Notes: generated by a model from the letters alone, not told the origin. Positions 9,553 through 21,240 are shown, numbered from the stretch's first letter. The stretch is DNA of 64,000 nucleotides from Tetramitus jugosus (GCA_937625935.1 OW569355.1:523101-587100), one strand, 5' to 3'. A program made the numbers and translations.

Positions 9553-11697
9553 ATGACCAATAAAAATGATGAAGATTTGATGATGGAAGAAGACAATAGC
9601 AACAACATCAATAGCAATACCATGATGGAATATGAAAAAATGGCACAACGAAATCTCATTGAATGGGAAGAAAGTACAGTCAAACCATTCTTGTTCCATC
9701 ATGACGCCCTATTGCATCTCTCTTCACCTACAACAACAACAACAAAAAATAATACAAAAAAAAACAATACAAAAAATAACAATCATGAGAATGACAAGGA
9801 AGAAAATTTTCTAGATTTCATCTTTTATACGCACACTGTGAGACAATGTGCCATTCACAAAAAAACATCTTCTCATCAAGATCAAAAAAAGAATAGCTAT
9901 GGTAATATTGGTAGTGGTAATAGTAGTGGTAATAGTGCAGCAGAAAAAAATCATCATTTGAATGAACATGATTTACATTTCATGATTGATTTCCTCTTTT
10001 ATTTCCATTGTTTGCAACATGATTTTTTCAATCAACATTCCACTCGATTGAACCAAATCATTTCACTCTATCACAATAACAACAACAATAACAATAATAG
10101 TATTACTCCTACTACTACTACTACTGATGAAAATGAAAGTGAAAATTTATTGTTCATGAATAAGAAGACGAGTGAGACGTATAATGGTGTTCGAATTACA
10201 ATGCTATGTTATCAATTACAACAACAACAACAGTCATCACCACTCTTTCATTTAACAGTGAAAAAATGCATCAAATTTCTACAATTGTACCCCAATGTCT
10301 TCACTATTCATTCCTATAGTACTCACAATCAATTTGTCTCACTTGATGCTCAATATTTGAAATCTTTGTTATCAGTTTCAACTGAATTAACATTAGTATC
10401 AACAACCAAGGATCGATATCCTCCATTTATTCCACTCTATCAAAAATCAGTTCTCTGTCACAGTGATACTAATGATACTACTACTACTAGTGCTGATAAT
10501 AATAGTAGTAACAACAATAATAGTAGTAGTACTCATCAACAACATGTTCAGTTGATTCATGACATTTTAAAGGAGCATGAACGAGTGCAGTGGAAACAAC
10601 ACAAGAGAGCGAATGCAGCCATGCCACTCGGTACATTGAAAACAGTCTTGTTTGAGAAGCATCATATTCTACCAAAGAAAATTTTTCAATTCCTGAGTCA
10701 GAGACACAATGATTTTGATATTGTGACGAGAGAGAAGAATGGTCATTCGTATTTTATGATTCGTAGTCTACAAATACGTGTAATGACAAAGAATCAAAAT
10801 AACAATACTTCTGGTGCCGTTGCTGTTGTGAGTAGTAATAAGAAGAGTAAGAATGAAAGTGAGGAAAAGAATGTGAAGAGTCACGTAGATGATCACAATG
10901 ATGGTGAAAGTAATAGTAGTAGTGGTGGTGATAAGGATGTGTTGCCTCTCTTTTCATTGCCAAAAAATTATGAAATTGTGTGCACAGAGGACTCTACCAT
11001 GGCTGCTGATTGGATCAGAAAACACATTTTGGACAAGGTGGCGGCACAGAGTCATGGTGATGATGATGATAATGACAATAACAACAATACGATGGCTGTT
11101 GGTATGGATTGTGAGTGGGATGTGACGAGACCATTGTTGAGTCTGAGTATCAATCCTCATTTGACTCATCATCTCAAGAAGGAGACGCGTTATGCGATGC
11201 GTGATCACATTCATCCAAAGTACTTTGACACGATTCAGATTGCTGTTGAGAACTCGTGTCTCATTTATCAAACATTGCAAAACAAGTGTGATGAGGTGAT
11301 GCACGAGGTTTTGTGTGATCTGATGAACAATGAACATGTGTTCAAGTGTTGGTGCAGTCATCACTCTGATATCTCAAAGCTCAAGATTTGGCTGACTACG
11401 TTCGAGGGATCACAGCGTCCATCCGATAACAGTGAAAATTGGGCTGATTCTTGGTCCAAGAGTATCGTGGAGTTGGACGAAGATTGCAAGGGTGCTGCCA
11501 TTCTGTGCAAGCACTATCTCGGAATGGACATGATCAAGGATTACAATATTCAATTGTCTAGGTGGTCTAGGAGACGCCTAGACAACAAGCAACAAGAATA
11601 TGCAGCAATGGACTCGTATCTCAACCTGAAGATCTATGAAGCTCAGGAGAGATCTGGTGCATTTGATGCTGGCCTTAATGTTACTATCGACCTATAA
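9553..11697 (+). CDS. DEDDy 3'-5' exonuclease (WRN-exo/EXD-like) with long low-complexity N-terminus
   Basis: AVGMDCEW (ExoI), IQIA, SDISKL, SRWSRRRLDNKQQEYAAMD (ExoIII); start codon uncertain. Confidence 0.8.
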   Translation: MTNKNDEDLMMEEDNSNNINSNTMMEYEKMAQRNLIEWEESTVKPFLFHHDALLHLSSPTTTTTKNNTKKNNTKNNNHENDKEENFLDFIFYTHTVRQCAIHKKTSSHQDQKKNSYGNIGSGNSSGNSAAEKNHHLNEHDLHFMIDFLFYFHCLQHDFFNQHSTRLNQIISLYHNNNNNNNNSITPTTTTTDENESENLLFMNKKTSETYNGVRITMLCYQLQQQQQSSPLFHLTVKKCIKFLQLYPNVFTIHSYSTHNQFVSLDAQYLKSLLSVSTELTLVSTTKDRYPPFIPLYQKSVLCHSDTNDTTTTSADNNSSNNNNSSSTHQQHVQLIHDILKEHERVQWKQHKRANAAMPLGTLKTVLFEKHHILPKKIFQFLSQRHNDFDIVTREKNGHSYFMIRSLQIRVMTKNQNNNTSGAVAVVSSNKKSKNESEEKNVKSHVDDHNDGESNSSSGGDKDVLPLFSLPKNYEIVCTEDSTMAADWIRKHILDKVAAQSHGDDDDNDNNNNTMAVGMDCEWDVTRPLLSLSINPHLTHHLKKETRYAMRDHIHPKYFDTIQIAVENSCLIYQTLQNKCDEVMHEVLCDLMNNEHVFKCWCSHHSDISKLKIWLTTFEGSQRPSDNSENWADSWSKSIVELDEDCKGAAILCKHYLGMDMIKDYNIQLSRWSRRRLDNKQQEYAAMDSYLNLKIYEAQERSGAFDAGLNVTIDL

Positions 11698-11779
11698 AAC
11701 ACAGTAAATATATGCCACAAGTTGGGAATTCAATAGAACGCAGTGATTGATTTACATTTTGTCAAACGACAACTACTAT

Positions 11780-14700
11780 CTACAATTTTTCGGCAAGATA
11801 CCTTTCGAGTTCACCTACTCGCTTCTGGAACGTGCTCAAGTATTGCGTCAGGTGATCTTTCTCCTTACCTTTTGCGGCTCGTTCAAGCACAAAGGAAGCT
11901 TGTGACAGTGGAGCACAGGCTAGTTGTGCCGAAGAGCCCTTAATGGAGTGAGCAAACATATTTAACGAACTCCAGTTCTCTTCATCGATGTATTGCGCAA
12001 AATCTATCACATCTCGCTTTCCTTCTTCCAGCAACTCCCCCAAAAGTTCTCGAGTAAAATTGATATCACCTCCAGAGAGCTCCAAAGCTTGATCGATATC
12101 GACACAATCTGCATGATTCATACTCAACTCAACACAGTCCTCCACGGCAGCTAAGAATGGTCTTGAGGATATTGGAACATGAACTGTCAGGTCACAGATT
12201 TCATTTAAGCCGGCGCCCGAGTTAAATATCAGACCAAGAACTGCAGTGTAGTGCTTTGTGACCAAAGATTGCTCATTCTGCCTCAACTCACGAATAAATT
12301 CGTGCACCTTTTCAATATCACTATCAGTCACGATTGCAACATTATATTTAACCTGTGAATTTTTGATCTCGCTGGCAGTGCTAGACAATGAATGACTGAC
12401 ACCAACCTCGAAGCCAAATTTGCGCAGGAAACTAGAGAGTTGATTCTCGGAAGACGACTCCATGTCAATCACCATCACACCCACTGCTCTCACCTTGGCA
12501 ACCACATCAAAATCATCTGTTAGAACTTCACCGCTTCCAGTTGCTTTAGATGACACATCAGCTGCTTGATTTGACGTGCTCTCTGGAGTGGTTTCCTGGG
12601 TCTGTGGTTTTTCTATGAGACCTGCACTCCATAAGACACGATTCGATTGCATAGTGTTTGTCAGAATGTACAAGTTGGGCACATACTGAACAAAACATTT
12701 GAACAACGGACCAGCAATATAATCAATAAAATTGACCTGCATTTGAGCTTTGTGCAAGCTGTTTCGGTCCATGAGAGGTGAGATAGCCAATCCTTGCGAT
12801 CGCTCCTCATCTCCCTGTGCCAAAAACTCTTCAATAAGCATGTGGGCCCATGCCTGAGCGACAGGGAATGGACGTATCGCATTCGATACATCAGCACACT
12901 TCAGTATGATATTAATGACTTGTTGCTTATCGTCCTTACTCTCCTTGGAAAGCGGCCCGGTTTGGATACGTGTCTGAAACTTTGTCAGTATCTCGAAATG
13001 ATGAGCCATGTCAGTGGCTAGAATCGTGTTAATGATTGTTCGTCTAAACTCCCGATACGTCTCAGAGTCCAAATTCTCTACAATGTTACAATCAGGTTCC
13101 TTCATTAGCCTGAATGCAACATAACAGTGATGATTCTCCAGGACGCTGATATCATTGTACAGGAGTGCCAGTGGAGTCTTGGCATTGACTTGATAATTGT
13201 TGTTCAAGCCTGGATGATCGAGATCGTGACACAGGGCAGATACCATGATGCACAACTTTTCCAACGAATTTAAGAAATTGCCAACCTTTTCAATACACAG
13301 AGAACTGTACACAAATTGAGTCACATCAATCGCATGAGTCATATTGTGATAAGGATTACTCTTGTAATGTTGTTGGAGTCGATTGAGAAAGTTCATGAGC
13401 TTTGCGGGATCAATGGAAAAGTCTGACACGAGTCCCAACGATTGAAACATGTATGCGGCATTTCTGAGCAACTCGTCTGTTTGATACGCAAATACATCAA
13501 ACTCAAATGAATCTAGTGTCGGTATGGACCTTGTGAGAAGAATGTGTTGCTCTGTCGATGTGCTTTCAACCGACGTGTTTTGACTCTCATTGAAATGAAC
13601 ACCCTTCTTGGTTGGGGACTGACTCTCTGCTGAGGAAGGAGCCAACGGAGGAGGCAACAGAGGTGGTTCTTGTGATTGACTACTCCTTCGAATGTGATGA
13701 GCATTTTCCTCATCTTCACGCATAAATTCACTCTGCAGCCACTTGCGTGTCGTTTCATCAATCGTCTGCTTCTCCAACAATAGAGAGAACGCTGGGCGAT
13801 ACAAGTCTCTGGAACCGAGACTCTTTAGAATCGCAACCAGTGCACCCTTGTACTGCTCCACTGAATAACTACCTTCCATGAGATCACCAATGGTTTTCAT
13901 CACGACTTGCATTGGTGTTTCAATTGTATCGGATATTTGTGATTTAATCTGTTGGAGCTCCTTCTCTTGAGCTTCCACTTGTTTTGAGAGCCGATTCCGG
14001 TTCTCTCTCTCCTTTTTGAGCATCTCCTGGTACATGGTTTCCTTCCTTCGTCTCAATCGATCATCGAGACACATTTCTACTCTGCGTTTCAACATTTCGA
14101 ACCGTATGGGTTTTTGTAAGAAATCTTCTGCTCCACTTTGAAAGCATTGGGCAATTGTATCAGGGTCCTCTGTCGATGAAATCACTATAAGATGATGATG
14201 ATGAAGTGATAGATGAGATGCATGAGTCAAAAATACAATTCTCTCAAAAACACAATGAAAATGAACAAAAAGGCAGCAAAACAAAGACACATACTGATAA
14301 TGGGTATATCTTTTGCATAAGCACTCTTAAATATTCTCAATAGTTCTAATCCATCCATTTCTGGCATCAGAACATCGACGAGCACCAAGCTCACACTATT
14401 GTCTTCACCCAGTAGCTCTAGAGCTTTTTTGCCGCCATCCACCGTAGTTACTAAAAAAATCAAATGAATATGTGAGTACACCAATCATACAACAGCAACA
14501 ACATGCTACAATAAACAATAATTGCATTAAAAAAATCATCATCAATTGTTGTGCACTTACCCTTAAAATTTAATTTTTCGAGCATCCGACTCATCACTGT
14601 CCTAGAAATATTGTCATCATCGACGACCAGTACATGTTTTTCTTCTTGTTGTTCTTCGGCTTCCATCGATCGTATAATATCAGTGACACTACCTCTGTGT

Positions 14701-14807
14701 TCACTGGCAAGTGACGTGTTAAACATTTTGGATCGGTGGGAGTGAGATTGATCAGCTATCGATTGTTGTTGTGACTGTGATTGTGATTGTTGTTGTTTTG
14801 GCAACAT
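11780..14807 (-). CDS. RegA-like response-regulator cyclic-nucleotide phosphodiesterase with C-terminal pseudo-receiver and Hpt domain; introns 14451-14560 and 14185-14294
   Basis: Spliced receiver LVVDDD..LVDVLMP..ISS..FLQKP; class I PDE YHNMTHAID, HDLDHPG, LENHH, ADVSN; Hpt AHSIKGSS; start uncertain. Confidence 0.88.
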
Positions 14808-15256
14808 CAAGTTTAATTTTTTTACGGTTGGGTTGTGGTGATTCACTTCACGTGTTATTGTGTTTGGTGGTGTTGTTATTTTTGTTGTTGGGTGAGTGTT
14901 GTTGTTTTGGCCGTGCGTTGTCCGTCTGTGGCTCTTGGTATTGATCAATAATTGTCGTTGTTGTTTGCTGTTGGTGCGACGTGAGTCTTCCTCCTGTTGC
15001 TCCTTGGTGTGAGACAAGATACTGGGTAATATGGAGGGGACCAATATTTCCGCGCTACTCCCAAGATGGTTTCCGAACAGACCAAAAATTGAAGTGATCG
15101 ACACAGGAAAAGCGGTGGTTGACCAATGAGCCATCATTGAGGCCAAGGATTGTATTTTGGGTTTAGATGGGGGTGTCGAGGAATCTTTTATGTGACGCTG
15201 GAAAACAAAAATATTCCTTTCAGATAAAATTGTGTTTGGCCACTCACAGGTTCAAT

Positions 15257-17236
15257 CTAAAAGGCCAGAGAACCTTCTTTTGATTTTTCATCCAAACTTC
15301 TTTGTTCATTTGTGGTTAGTTGCTGTTGCTGTTGAGTATCGGGCATGATTTCGAGTGCCCAATAGTTATCTGGTGTCGAGGGACGTTCATGTCTTGGCTG
15401 ATGTCTGCTGCAGCTATTCACCATCCGTAACCGTTGTGCCTCAGGCAGTCCCTGGAGCGAATCATAAAATACCTTGCATTCCACACATACTATTTTATGC
15501 TTACTTGTACTGTCTTGTTCAGTCCTACTCTTAGAATTTCTGCTGTCAGTGCTACTGCTTGCATTCGAGGACTTCTTGCCAAGAGATGTTGTTGTGTCAG
15601 CATTTCTTCTCGTTGCTTGCACCAGTTGCCGTTGACTCTCCTCACTGGCCATAAACAGATAGTAATCGATATCATCGTTTACAGTTGTGTTGGGTTTTGT
15701 CCTTGAACTGGACGACGATGGCGGGAGCGCGCTGCGTTTTTCATTTGGCATATTGTACTTAGCAGATGGCAAGCCTGTCCGCGAACTGGTTAAATCTACA
15801 ATTTTTGTTGTAGAAGATGCACTGAGTTTCTGCTGTCCTTGAGTCTTTGACTCCTCGTGACGAGATTTCCCTAACAACAGTTTCTTCTTTCTGTTGTCTT
15901 TTGATAAAGTATCGGTTTGATTTTTGTTGGGTGTTGTTGATGCATTGGGTGGAGAGCTGATCATTTGAGTTGATATGATCTTGGGTATTGGGAGTTGACG
16001 TTTCCTTTGATCCCGATTTCTGACGGGTGGTTGCACCTTGTCTGGCGTTGTTTTGCTGGATGAAGCCTTAGGTTTGTTTGAGGTCTTAAACTTGTCGAAT
16101 ATACTATATGATACTTGTTGTTTCGCTGCTTTGTTGACATTGTCTGCACTACTCGATAATGGTCCCAAGCTTTTGGATTTCTTTGTCGATCTTTGTTCTT
16201 CTTCATCGTCAGATGGCATTGGTATTGTCAGAACAGAGTCATCGCGGACCTTCTCACTCGTTTCTAGCTCATTCATACTTCTCTTTCTCTTTCTGTTATC
16301 TTCTCTTTCTATCGTCATGGAAGTAGAGGTCGCTCCCGTGTTCAACTCAGTGCGTTTCCTATTGTTGATCGTAGTATCAGTAGCATCTTCCACCATCGCT
16401 CGGCTGGAAACTCCTCCTCTATTCACAGATATTCTTCCAGAGTTGTCCTTACGGGAAGCCGATCTTTCGCGAGTGGAATGCGCACCAAACTCAGTTGCAT
16501 GTACTCTGTTTCTGGACGATAGATCATTAATCGTCATGTTATCATCGACATTCGATTCCTCTCTCACAGTCTTATCTAATTGTTCCTCTTCCTCTTCAAC
16601 ATCACTCACAACTTGATCATTCAATCGTTCATTTGCAACACCACCGATCCTATACCGGTCATTATCATCTCCATCTCCATCATTACCATCATTTAGTACC
16701 ATCGTATAACCTCTTCTCTTTCCACCACCCATTGATCGATATCTTTCTCTGTACAGTTCATTCTTTCTCTCCAATTTCTCCAATCTCCTTAATAAAAATT
16801 TTTGTTCCATATTCCACAACTCTTCTTCTCTCTGATCTTCACTGCGTTCCATCACGGTTTTCATCTGAATCTGATTCAATATACGCTGATGATGACTGTA
16901 CACCGTTAGTAACTGACTCAAGAACAATTGATTGTCAACATCATTATTATCATGCATCATTTCTCCTTCATTTATCTCATCATTCTCCATTTGATCATCA
17001 TCATCTTCTTCATTTTCGTCATCATCATCATCTTCGATCACATTCACATTATTGTGATAGTGACGATGATGCTTGTTGTAGAGGAGTTGTTGTTCATGGT
17101 GATGGAGGGATGATGATGATGGAGGTGTGGATGTAGGAGGAGCAGTACCTGTTGATATCGCCGTTCCAATAATGGAGGCAACTTCTTCATCGTCACTGCT
17201 ACTACCACTACTATCAAAATATGTCTCTTCTTGCAT
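15257..17236 (-). CDS. SAE2: CtIP/Sae2/Com1 DNA end-resection protein
   Basis: N-terminal coiled coil; C-terminal CVECKVFY..CSRH..PSTPDNYW signature; alternative starts at 17350/17383. Confidence 0.8.
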   Translation of the reverse strand: MQEETYFDSSGSSSDDEEVASIIGTAISTGTAPPTSTPPSSSSLHHHEQQLLYNKHHRHYHNNVNVIEDDDDDENEEDDDDQMENDEINEGEMMHDNNDVDNQLFLSQLLTVYSHHQRILNQIQMKTVMERSEDQREEELWNMEQKFLLRRLEKLERKNELYRERYRSMGGGKRRGYTMVLNDGNDGDGDDNDRYRIGGVANERLNDQVVSDVEEEEEQLDKTVREESNVDDNMTINDLSSRNRVHATEFGAHSTRERSASRKDNSGRISVNRGGVSSRAMVEDATDTTINNRKRTELNTGATSTSMTIEREDNRKRKRSMNELETSEKVRDDSVLTIPMPSDDEEEQRSTKKSKSLGPLSSSADNVNKAAKQQVSYSIFDKFKTSNKPKASSSKTTPDKVQPPVRNRDQRKRQLPIPKIISTQMISSPPNASTTPNKNQTDTLSKDNRKKKLLLGKSRHEESKTQGQQKLSASSTTKIVDLTSSRTGLPSAKYNMPNEKRSALPPSSSSSRTKPNTTVNDDIDYYLFMASEESQRQLVQATRRNADTTTSLGKKSSNASSSTDSRNSKSRTEQDSTSKHKIVCVECKVFYDSLQGLPEAQRLRMVNSCSRHQPRHERPSTPDNYWALEIMPDTQQQQQLTTNEQRSLDEKSKEGSLAF

Positions 17237-17367
17237 AAGTGTGTTTCGTTTTCTTTTGGAGGTGTAATTTTGTTCGACCAAACAATCGAATTCTTCGGAG
17301 ATAGATAGAAGGGAGAAACCTGAATTCTCCTCCTTTGAAGAGTCAAACATCGAAACATAAAAACAAG

Positions 17368-19512
17368 ATGAAGCTGCAAGCATTGATATCGATTTGTGTC
17401 ATCTTGTTGATAATGACACTATTCATCACTGCACAGACTAATATTGACACTATGGATGTTCGTTATGTAGATAGCTCCGTATTTTTCAATGCTGCTGATG
17501 CAAGTGAGCCAGTGATTAGTTACAATGGATTTTTTGTGTTGGGAAGTACGAGATATGGTGCTCATTATCACTATTGGTTCTTTCCCAGAGAGGAAAACAT
17601 TGTTGCTGGTGGTGATGAACCGTTTGTTGTTTGGTTCAATGGAGGACCTGGTTGCTCATCGATTGTTGGTGTCATGCTGGAGAATGGACCATTTCAATTC
17701 GATATACAGAGAGAGGAGTTGAATCTCGAGCGGTTGAATCCTTCGAGGTGGAGCAAGTTTGCCAACATGCTCTATATTGATAGTCCGTTGGGTGCAGGAT
17801 TCTCTCACTACAATGGAACTGTGAATGATATTCCTAATACTGCACAGGCAACGATGGAAGATATTTACTTGTGTCTACAACTCTTTTTCAAGAATGAACA
17901 GTTTAGAGGGTATAGAGAGAATCGATTGTATCTGAGTGGTGAGTCGTATGGTGCCAAGTATGTGCTGCATCTAGGGTCAATCATTGATCGAGAGAATGAA
18001 AAGGGAAATGATGGTTCAGTGCATTTGAATCTGCATGGTTTAATGATGTTCAATGGATGGGTCTACTCTGAGATTCAACACAGAGTCTATATTGAATACG
18101 CGTATTTGAATGGAATGATTGATTACAAGTATTATGTCGAAGCGAATACACAGATGCAACACTGTATGCAACTGTTTGCAAATCAGCAATATGAACAAGC
18201 AGCAAGAAATTGCTCTAGTTTGTACTTTGGCATTTTGGATGGTGGTGATCGATTACCGAACTCGTTTTATGTTTACGACGTACGAAAAATGGGCTCATTT
18301 CCAGAGAGTGCGTTCACTAACTTTATGAACAAGGATGAGATCAAGAAAGCTCTTGGCACAGAGTTACTTCAATTTTCAACATGTGGTGCCGGTTTGTTCC
18401 CTCACTTTGGTATTGATTTTCATATGAATGATGCACCCTTAATTCCTAAACTACTGTCCAAGTACCAGATTTTGTTACTCAATGGACAGTTTGACATTCG
18501 TTCATCAGTGTATGGAGTCAATGAACTCGTGAAGCAGGTGGAGTGGAATGGCAAATATACGTTTGATCAAATGCCATTAGACTCGTTTCAACTAAATGGA
18601 ACGATGAGTGCATCGTTCAAATCTCACAACAATCTAACTCTTTTGACTCTGTATGGCGCTGGTCATATGGCACCAATGGATCAACCACAGGCCACGTTCA
18701 ACGTAGTGAAGCTATTTATCGATGAAGACTCACTATGTTCTGCAACAAAGGCCGGTAAGTGCAATACAGTGTCATCTTGTCCTCAACAGTGCTCAAAACA
18801 CGGCCAGTGTACTGCTCAATTGAAATGCAAGTGCAACTCTGGCTTTAGTGGCGAAATTTGTAATGAAGGCCACAAACAAGTTGATTTGGGTGAAGTCGCA
18901 CTCTATCCTAGCTACATATTTGGCAAGCAAATGAACACGTACAATATCCAAATTGCCTCTAGAAAAACAAGCGGTAGCTACGATCTCTCCGTAACAATAG
19001 AGAGATCTTCTAAGCTTGCTAAACTACACATGTTCGTGCACACTGGAACGAGTTCAACTCCTGTTAACAAGGCGCAACCTGAGTTATTGAAACAGACATT
19101 TGCGTACAAAGTATTCGAGGACGCTTCAACCTACTCGGCAACAATTCGGCAGCTGCCTCTCCATAACAACACTCACATAACGATTGTTGTCATGAACACT
19201 GTAGATACCGAAGCGAATTTCAAATTAACTGTCACAACTCAGCTGAACAGTGGAAACAAGTATAATACCGCATTGATTGGATCGGTATTTTCATTTGGAG
19301 CTCTGGCTGTGATTTCCGTCTTTCTTGCATTCATTATCGTTGCTCAATTCAGTTTAGATTCTACATGCTTGCGAGCATTGAGCGTTGATGTTGGATCAAG
19401 TAGAAATAATGATGGTCACTTATTCGAGCAGGTTCAGGAGCAAGTACAGGATGAAATGTACGAATCCGATGAGAATCCCGATCAGATACAGGATTCATCA
19501 GACGACTTGTAA
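17368..19512 (+). CDS. Serine carboxypeptidase S10 with EGF-like domain and C-terminal TM
   Basis: Signal peptide, WFNGGPGCSS, GESYG, GAGHM, CSKHGQC..CKCNSGFSGEIC, hydrophobic TM helix. Confidence 0.9.
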   Translation: MKLQALISICVILLIMTLFITAQTNIDTMDVRYVDSSVFFNAADASEPVISYNGFFVLGSTRYGAHYHYWFFPREENIVAGGDEPFVVWFNGGPGCSSIVGVMLENGPFQFDIQREELNLERLNPSRWSKFANMLYIDSPLGAGFSHYNGTVNDIPNTAQATMEDIYLCLQLFFKNEQFRGYRENRLYLSGESYGAKYVLHLGSIIDRENEKGNDGSVHLNLHGLMMFNGWVYSEIQHRVYIEYAYLNGMIDYKYYVEANTQMQHCMQLFANQQYEQAARNCSSLYFGILDGGDRLPNSFYVYDVRKMGSFPESAFTNFMNKDEIKKALGTELLQFSTCGAGLFPHFGIDFHMNDAPLIPKLLSKYQILLLNGQFDIRSSVYGVNELVKQVEWNGKYTFDQMPLDSFQLNGTMSASFKSHNNLTLLTLYGAGHMAPMDQPQATFNVVKLFIDEDSLCSATKAGKCNTVSSCPQQCSKHGQCTAQLKCKCNSGFSGEICNEGHKQVDLGEVALYPSYIFGKQMNTYNIQIASRKTSGSYDLSVTIERSSKLAKLHMFVHTGTSSTPVNKAQPELLKQTFAYKVFEDASTYSATIRQLPLHNNTHITIVVMNTVDTEANFKLTVTTQLNSGNKYNTALIGSVFSFGALAVISVFLAFIIVAQFSLDSTCLRALSVDVGSSRNNDGHLFEQVQEQVQDEMYESDENPDQIQDSSDDL

Positions 19513-19569
19513 TACTATTAATTTATATGATTGGTGGATAACTTTATGTATTAGCTTGTTGAGTGGTGA

Positions 19570-20928
19570 TTAGGTGTGGGTTTGACCCCATCGTGTTAAA
19601 CATGATGATGTGTTCAATATGGCATGCGGCTCGAGTCCATCGTGCAATTGAACAATATTTGGAAGAGAATTGCTTCTAATAGTTCTGAGTTGGTCTTGAG
19701 GTTGTTCCTGTACCATGGCATCCGTACTTGAGCTTGCAGGAGGGCATCTTACAGTTGAGGAATTAGTCGCATAGGAGGAGATCTGTTGATCTTTACAGTC
19801 ATTGATTGCTGTTGCCTCAGCAATCATTACTGACTGTACATCTTGGCTCTCCTGACTGTCGTGCTTGAGTTGCTCTTGTAGTTGTTGTTTCTGCATCTCC
19901 TGCTTGTACTGCTTGTGAATCTTTTGAGCTTCAGAATCTAAAGTTCTGAACTTGTTCTCCAGTTGTGCCAGTCTTCCCTCTGTTGAATCAGAAGACAATA
20001 TGTATTTGTATGGATGGCCTCGACGTCCCTTGCCACTCTGGATCACCACCCCTTCATTGACCAGCATGCATAAAGTTGCCCAAACCTTTGCTCTATTCCC
20101 ACTCACCTTACTCTGAATACAGTCCCATGTGCAGGGAGTGTCAAATTGTTCAAGTACCCTGTACATGCGCTCTCTCAGTGCAGGAGTCGAAGTGATACCG
20201 CCTGTGCACAACTTGACAGTCGGTTTAATTGCATTCCGGGAACAAATTACATTGAAGTCTAATGAGTCAGTGACCTTCTTCTCCAGATCTGGATCTCTCC
20301 GAACTTTTCTGGAATTCAAGCTGTTCCTTCTTCGCTTCACAACTGCTGCTGGGGCATTATCATGCAGGTCATGCTGGTTTCCAGGTAGTGAGCCCGGCTC
20401 TGTTACTCGGCTGACTTGCTGGGTAATCCCTGCTGTTGGTTGTATTCTGTTAAAGTTTGAAGGCAAGGGAAACATGAAGTTCATTGGTTGAAAGTTCATG
20501 ACAGTATCATCAACGGCTCCGCCACTCTGGGAATAGTGATGTATCTTGGGAAGGCGAATGAACGAAGATGAAGGCAGTGATGCAGTGTCGATGATGGAAG
20601 ATCTCTGTTGTTGTACTTCAAATGGATCGAACGGTTGTCCATCGACAATACTAAACGCTTGCAGGAGGGCGTCTATTTTGGAGTTGTTAGGGTCCTGGGA
20701 TATCTCAAACATTTTCATTCTCTTTCGATCTGGACTATTGACTTCCGCTTTCTCAGAGTCTTGTTCTTGGTTCTCTCCAACGAGCTTCTCACTGCCTGTT
20801 GTCTCCTGTTGCAGTTCATCATCCAATACTTGGTACCTTGTGTTGGTGGAAACGCTTCGATCCAATACCAATGATTCCAGTGAACAATCGGGAGAAGGAG
20901 ACAATGGAGTATCATGACTTTGATACAT
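19570..20928 (-). CDS. Hypothetical protein with possible winged-helix DNA-binding segment and coiled coil
   Basis: 452-aa ORF; VWATLCMLVNEGVVIQSGKGRRGHPYKY resembles a wHTH recognition helix and wing. Confidence 0.55.
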   Translation of the reverse strand: MYQSHDTPLSPSPDCSLESLVLDRSVSTNTRYQVLDDELQQETTGSEKLVGENQEQDSEKAEVNSPDRKRMKMFEISQDPNNSKIDALLQAFSIVDGQPFDPFEVQQQRSSIIDTASLPSSSFIRLPKIHHYSQSGGAVDDTVMNFQPMNFMFPLPSNFNRIQPTAGITQQVSRVTEPGSLPGNQHDLHDNAPAAVVKRRRNSLNSRKVRRDPDLEKKVTDSLDFNVICSRNAIKPTVKLCTGGITSTPALRERMYRVLEQFDTPCTWDCIQSKVSGNRAKVWATLCMLVNEGVVIQSGKGRRGHPYKYILSSDSTEGRLAQLENKFRTLDSEAQKIHKQYKQEMQKQQLQEQLKHDSQESQDVQSVMIAEATAINDCKDQQISSYATNSSTVRCPPASSSTDAMVQEQPQDQLRTIRSNSLPNIVQLHDGLEPHAILNTSSCLTRWGQTHT

Positions 20929-21240
20929 TGTAACCAGCTTTCCGAGTCCTTCCTTGACATGGTCGGCAACAAGAGCTCGATGTATTCTGCACGATTCATT
21001 TTCATCGAGACGTAATTGAGATCCCCTGTATCTTGTGAAAGCCTCCTGATCGGAGCGAAATTGTTGAATCTGGTCAAACAGTTGAGGGTGCAGAAACTCC
21101 TTTAGTTTGGGGATATCAATGCTTGCTAAGCGCTGTATGGACTCTTTGTCTTGACTAATTGAATGAGGGAGAGTATCACAAAAAACATTGTGTTAGTAAG
21201 ATGGCTGCGATCTCAGTTCACAAAACATCGATTGTAACTT

